A DNA stretch of 64,000 nucleotides from Candidatus Hydrogenedentota bacterium (GTDB lineage Bacteria > Hydrogenedentota > Hydrogenedentia > Hydrogenedentales > SLHB01): contig CAXXTH010000017.1 of NCBI GenBank assembly GCA_963668025.2, positions 960,001-1,024,000 on the forward strand. Direction: 5' to 3'. Shown in pieces: positions 59,791-64,000 of the stretch. Within the stretch, counting starts at the first letter, position 1, and every line of letters starts with the position of its first letter. A model generated the notes under the pieces. It saw only the letters and a program-made list of their open reading frames with translations. It did not search any database and was not told the DNA's origin. A program made the translations under genes and the position numbers.

Positions 59791-61737
59791 ATGAATCAAC
59801 AACCGGTAATGGCGGCAGCGAGACGCTCTTGTTCACTTTCGAGAACACTGATTCAGATTCTACTTTCATTTGCCGTTGCTTCAGGCGTTCTCGTCGGCGC
59901 TGTTCCGGGCCAAGGCTCCGCCGCCGCAGAAAGTCTCCTGGAATTAGGCAAACTGCGCAAGGGGATTACCCTAGATCGAATGTTCCATACCGTCCCACCT
60001 GAGGAGATCATGAAGATCAGAGCTTGTGACATCCGATTGCTCCATTGCATGGGATTTGACTATGTGAAACTGCTTGTGAATCCGATTCTTTTCATAGAGG
60101 ATTCTGGCGTGAATTCCTCGAACATGTGGTATATCGACGAGATTGTCAATACGGTCGTAGACGAAGGTTTGGCGGTGGTGGTGTGCATTCACCCGATGCC
60201 TGATTTCAAGTATACCTATCTTGGCAATCCTTCAGACTTTCAAAGTCTGCTCGGGTTCTATGAGGCGTTTGCAGGCTACCTGGCTGCGAGATGGGGAGCG
60301 GATGAACTTGCGTTCCAATTGATGACCGAGCCATTCGGGAACTACACCAGTTGGAATGAATTGCAGCCTCAGATGTGGGCTGCCGTCCGCCGTGGGATGC
60401 CGGACCATACGTTGGTGTTGAGCGGGGATGACGTGGGAAAAATCTCCGCCCTGGTCAATGTCAAACCCGTAGACGACGATAATGTCGTATACGGATTCTC
60501 GAGGTACGAACCCTTTCTGGTCAATTTGCAGGGCGCCGCTTGGGGGGACGGGTGGTGGCCGTACCTGGGTGATGTTCCCTATCCTTCCAGCCCAGAAATC
60601 ATTGCGGCCGCGATGGATGACATCTTGGATAGCGTGCCAACCCAGTGGCGCGATTCCGTTCGAGCCGAAGCGATAGCCTATGGGAATGAGCGTTGGTCCA
60701 AGGAGGCGCAGATAGCGCAATTTCAGAGCGTTGTGGACTGGTGCAATGCCTACGGCGTCCAGGCGTGGTGTGGGGAATTTGGGAATCTCGATCCTATCCA
60801 AGGCGGATCGAAAGGCGGCGGGATCAATGCGGAAGACCGCTATGCCTATATACGGGATATCCGGGAAGTCTTCGAAGAGAGCAATATAGGGTGGACCTAT
60901 TGGTCGTACAATGAAACCTTCACCGTCTTGAACCCCGAGACAAGAACGCCCTTCGGCTATCCCAATTACGAGAATGTCGACGCGCAGATGCTGGCTGCGC
61001 TTGGTCTTCCAGCATTCGGTGATTGTGAGCCTCTGGAATGTGAAGGTGAGGGCGAGTGCATGACGCTGCTTAATGATCCTGACTGCACGATCGACGACCA
61101 GTACACGTGCTGCGGTCTTCCCGAGTCCGACGTGACAGCCGGGCTGGAGAATGTGGCGTTTGCCAGCCGCGGCGGGGTGGCGTGGGCTTCCTCCGAGCAC
61201 GAGTACGATTACCACAAGGTGTACGCGTTGAACGATGGCACTCCCACGGATTTTGGGGACGTCTTCATCACCGGCGGCGACACGTGGTCCGACGATGAGT
61301 TCATCGGCATCACATTCGCGGCAGCCACAGACATCAACATGCTTGCGATCCACAGCCAGCCGCAATTTGGCCGGCCACATCCCCCGTTTACGACCCAATA
61401 CACGACCGTTCCCAATCCGGACGAGACGACCCCCGACGGGGATTGGATAACGATCTGCGGCCCTGAATCCATACGCGCCGGCATATCGTGTCCAGCGGAG
61501 GACTGTGGAACATATTGCTCCGAGTGGCGTCACGTATACGGATTCGATTCGGTCAATGCCACCGGCATCCGCCTCTTGCTTCCGGACTCAGGCCCTGCGT
61601 CCTATGCCGAGTTGGAGGTATATGCCACCCCATCTATCGGCCCAGGCGTCCCTGTAGCAGGGATAGTAGGTTTGGGTCTGATCTCGAGCGTCTTATGTCT
61701 CAGCGGAGGTATGTTGTTCGTGCGGAAACGGAGATAG
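59791..61737 (+). CDS. GH5-family glycoside hydrolase with discoidin-like domain and C-terminal anchor
   Basis: GFDYVKL, MTEP (acid/base), CGEFG (nucleophile), IGWTYW, EGEGE linker, VPVAG-TM-RKRR. Confidence 0.82.
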   Translation: MNQQPVMAAARRSCSLSRTLIQILLSFAVASGVLVGAVPGQGSAAAESLLELGKLRKGITLDRMFHTVPPEEIMKIRACDIRLLHCMGFDYVKLLVNPILFIEDSGVNSSNMWYIDEIVNTVVDEGLAVVVCIHPMPDFKYTYLGNPSDFQSLLGFYEAFAGYLAARWGADELAFQLMTEPFGNYTSWNELQPQMWAAVRRGMPDHTLVLSGDDVGKISALVNVKPVDDDNVVYGFSRYEPFLVNLQGAAWGDGWWPYLGDVPYPSSPEIIAAAMDDILDSVPTQWRDSVRAEAIAYGNERWSKEAQIAQFQSVVDWCNAYGVQAWCGEFGNLDPIQGGSKGGGINAEDRYAYIRDIREVFEESNIGWTYWSYNETFTVLNPETRTPFGYPNYENVDAQMLAALGLPAFGDCEPLECEGEGECMTLLNDPDCTIDDQYTCCGLPESDVTAGLENVAFASRGGVAWASSEHEYDYHKVYALNDGTPTDFGDVFITGGDTWSDDEFIGITFAAATDINMLAIHSQPQFGRPHPPFTTQYTTVPNPDETTPDGDWITICGPESIRAGISCPAEDCGTYCSEWRHVYGFDSVNATGIRLLLPDSGPASYAELEVYATPSIGPGVPVAGIVGLGLISSVLCLSGGMLFVRKRR

Positions 61738-61805
61738 GATTCCAGAGATTTGACAGCCTTGTTTATTGCCTTGCGCCGGTATTGATACATCATTTTGCAT
61801 CTGAA

Positions 61806-61874
61806 GACCGACGAGGGCGTCGGTCCCACACCTTGTAATGTAATCAAATTGTGGGACCGGCGCCCTCGCCGGTC
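61806..61874. repeat. REP doublet
   Basis: GACCGACGAGGGCGTCGGTCCCACA ... TGTGGGACCGGCGCCCTCGCCGGTC. Confidence 0.75.
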
Positions 61875-61954
61875 ATTCTTTACCATTTGGCTAAAGTGTT
61901 ACTTTTTCTTTAATAGGAGATGCTGTCGTTATGATTACTTAATTGGAGCGGCAT

Positions 61955-62944
61955 TCAGCCCAAATCGAGGGCCTCGACCAAATCGCGGATGGCCTTGATC
62001 TCGTCCGCCGCCAGTTGGATATCGCCCGCGACCGCGTTTTCTTCGACTTGCCGCTCGTTGCGCGCGCCCGCCAAGGCCGCCGTAAGGCCGGGCTGCGCCA
62101 CGACCCATGCCAGGGCCACTTGCGCCAGCGTGGCGTCGTGGTTTTCGGCGATGGGCTTGACGTGTTCGAGCATATCGAGAACCTTCTGGCGATTCTCCCG
62201 GGTGAACCAAGGGTGCCCGTGGCGCAGGTCGTCTTCTTCGAATTCGCGCTCGAGCGTGATTTTACCGGTCATGAGCCCTTGCACCAAGGGACTGTAGGCC
62301 AGTATGCCTACTTTATGCTCGATGCAGAAGGGAACCACATCCGCCTCGATGCCCCGATTCAGCGGGCTATATAGGGGCTGATCGCTGGCGACTTCGCCAT
62401 GTTTCAAGCAGGCGGCCATCATCTCAGGCGTGAAATTGCTGACGCCGATAGCGCGAATCTTGCCTTCTTTGCGCAGTTGGAGCAGCTCCGCCATGGTGTC
62501 GTCCAATGGGCACGTGGAATCGGGCCAATGGCATTGGTACAGGTCGATGACATCCACGCCGAGGCGTCTAAGGCTTTGCTCGCATTCAAGGCGGATGGAC
62601 TCGGGGCGAAGATTGCGGTATACCTTCAGCGCTTTACCATTGTTGTCTTTGGTGATGAAGAAAAACTCGCCTTGTTCGAGATCCCAGCGCAATCCGCATT
62701 TGGTGGCGACCACGACTCGATCCCGGCGGCCCGCGATGGCTTGGCCCACGACCTGCTCGCTACGGCCCATGCCATACATCGGCGCGGTGTCGATGCAGGT
62801 GACGCCCAGCTCGACGCCGTGCTGGATGGCGCGTATGGCGGCCTTGTCATCCGAGCCGCCCCACATCCAGCCGCCAATCGCCCATGTGCCAAAACAAACT
62901 ACGGGCACATGAATATCGCTTTTGCCTAATTGCCGGAATTCCAT
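61955..62944 (-). CDS. Aldo/keto reductase
   Basis: GTWAIGG, IDTAPMYG, ATK, IDLYQCHWPD, GKIRAIGVSNF, YSPL. Confidence 0.95.
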   Translation of the reverse strand: MEFRQLGKSDIHVPVVCFGTWAIGGWMWGGSDDKAAIRAIQHGVELGVTCIDTAPMYGMGRSEQVVGQAIAGRRDRVVVATKCGLRWDLEQGEFFFITKDNNGKALKVYRNLRPESIRLECEQSLRRLGVDVIDLYQCHWPDSTCPLDDTMAELLQLRKEGKIRAIGVSNFTPEMMAACLKHGEVASDQPLYSPLNRGIEADVVPFCIEHKVGILAYSPLVQGLMTGKITLEREFEEDDLRHGHPWFTRENRQKVLDMLEHVKPIAENHDATLAQVALAWVVAQPGLTAALAGARNERQVEENAVAGDIQLAADEIKAIRDLVEALDLG

Positions 62945-63122
62945 ATCGAAGAACCTCCTTGGCAAGCCGCCAACGGCCCGCCTCGCTTTGTATCGCTTAT
63001 TGACATGCAGCCATGAAAACATGAGTATAGCAACGGTTCAGACGAGATGCACAACGTAGCATGGGCGGGACGCCCATGCTACAAGAGGTTCAACGAGCTA
63101 TGCGCCCATCGGGAGAATGGGT

Positions 63123-63258
63123 ATGCGAGTAATCGTGATCGGCGGAACCGGCCGTATTGCGATACCGGCCCAGGTATTCACCGCTGGAGGCGATCTTCGA
63201 GTCGCTCGAATGGCTCATCGCCCATGGCGTGCTTAAAGTGGACCGGAATGGGGGCTGA
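63123..63258 (+). pseudogene. Hollowed NAD-dependent epimerase/dehydratase remnant
   Basis: MRVIVIGGTGRI joined out of frame to YRPRYSPLEAIFESLEWLIAHG...stop; GGAG RBS. Confidence 0.65.
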
Positions 63259-63311
63259 GGAACGTTGATTATAGAAAAATACAGCAAAATAACCGATATA
63301 CTATCACTGAA

Positions 63312-63578
63312 TCATTCCCGCGCAAGCGGGATTTCCAGAAATGGAGCAGGCAAGCCAAAACAAGGAAATGCCCGTGAAGTACGCCAAAGAGCACAAGAAA
63401 GCGGTAGCAAGCTACTGCACTCCCCATAGGCTTCCAAAAATTCCGCAGATTGTATGGAGTGCGGCAGCTTGCTGCCGCTTTGGGGGTGCGGATTTCTTCT
63501 GTATGCCCGTTTTCGGTTTTGTGGCGATGTAGATTTACTCGGGGCGCATTTTTGGAAGGCCTCGTTCGTGGGGGATGA
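63312..63578. repeat. Second copy of the nested dRS3-like/MITE/REP structure
   Basis: TCATTCCCGCGCAAGCGGGA, inner element 63333-63557 (TTCCAGAAA...TTTTTGGAA) with the same REP doublet, then TCGTGGGGGATGA. Confidence 0.8.
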
Positions 63579-63636
63579 TGGCAAGGTTGGGTCTCAGATT
63601 ATTAGTCAGAAGTGAAACGGCTAGGTAGGGCATTGC

Positions 63637-64000
63637 ATGGACGCCGGTGAATACAAACTCATGTATGAAGTGGAGGCGCGCTATTGGTGGTATGCGGGGC
63701 TGCGCGGCATGCTCGGGCTTTTCCTGAAGCGCCATGAAAGCCACTGCGGCGGCCAGACGCTCGATGTGGGCTGCGGCACAGGCGCGAACATGGAGTTGCT
63801 CACGCGCGAGGGCGGCATAGCCATGGGGATCGATTTTGCGCCGCAAGCCATCTATTTTTGCCGCCAACGGGGATTGGCGCGCACCGCCGTGGCCTCCGCG
63901 CTGGCATTGCCGTTCCCCGATGGCCATTTCGACCGCGTGCTGCTCATGGATGTGCTGTATCATAAAGGCATTCCAGACAAGGCGGCCGCTCTTCATGAAG
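63637..64000 (+). CDS. Class I SAM-dependent methyltransferase (partial)
   Basis: MDAGEYKLMYEVEARYWWY...LDVGCGTG...ALALPFPDGHFD...DVLYH; runs off the window. Confidence 0.88.
   Translation, partial: MDAGEYKLMYEVEARYWWYAGLRGMLGLFLKRHESHCGGQTLDVGCGTGANMELLTREGGIAMGIDFAPQAIYFCRQRGLARTAVASALALPFPDGHFDRVLLMDVLYHKGIPDKAAALHE

Noticed and set aside
60232-61533. 433-aa antisense ORF and similar long shadow ORFs (27901-28632, 29958-30827, 34883-35884)
   Set aside because: They lie opposite well-supported genes in GC-rich DNA and show no motifs.

Overview
High-GC bacterial chromosomal window. An EGEGE linker, C-terminal membrane-anchor tails and Tat-tagged enzymes suggest Candidatus Hydrogenedentota or a similar lineage (inference). 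Bases 1.4-10.9 kb are a pile-up of mobile elements: a full and a partial IS5/IS1182-like element, two ISAs1 copies that each carry a divergent accessory gene, ISKra4, an IS1380 interrupted by ISAs1, and a MITE. The rest is mostly housekeeping, metabolic and envelope genes: tRNA-Arg(CCT), corA, USP, a Na+/solute symporter with a small accessory gene and a probable Na+-I riboswitch, ndk, a bS22-like gene, purA followed by a group IIC intron, ROK and sugar ABC genes, a decayed AbiE pair, an Mre11/YhaN-like pair, C25 and S1 proteases, CoADR-rhodanese, ferredoxin, GT9, PilZ-REC, GH5 and an aldo-keto reductase. The most striking observation is a glycyl radical enzyme with a clear twin-arginine (Tat) signal peptide beside a signal-less activase and a divergent AraC gene. 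Other notable signals are a dispersed family of inverted arrays of 9-10-nt tandem units, a three-layer nested repeat found twice 62 kb apart, and a corA gene that resembles a stranded integron cassette at the tRNA 3' end. All family assignments come from motif recognition by eye; no searches were run.
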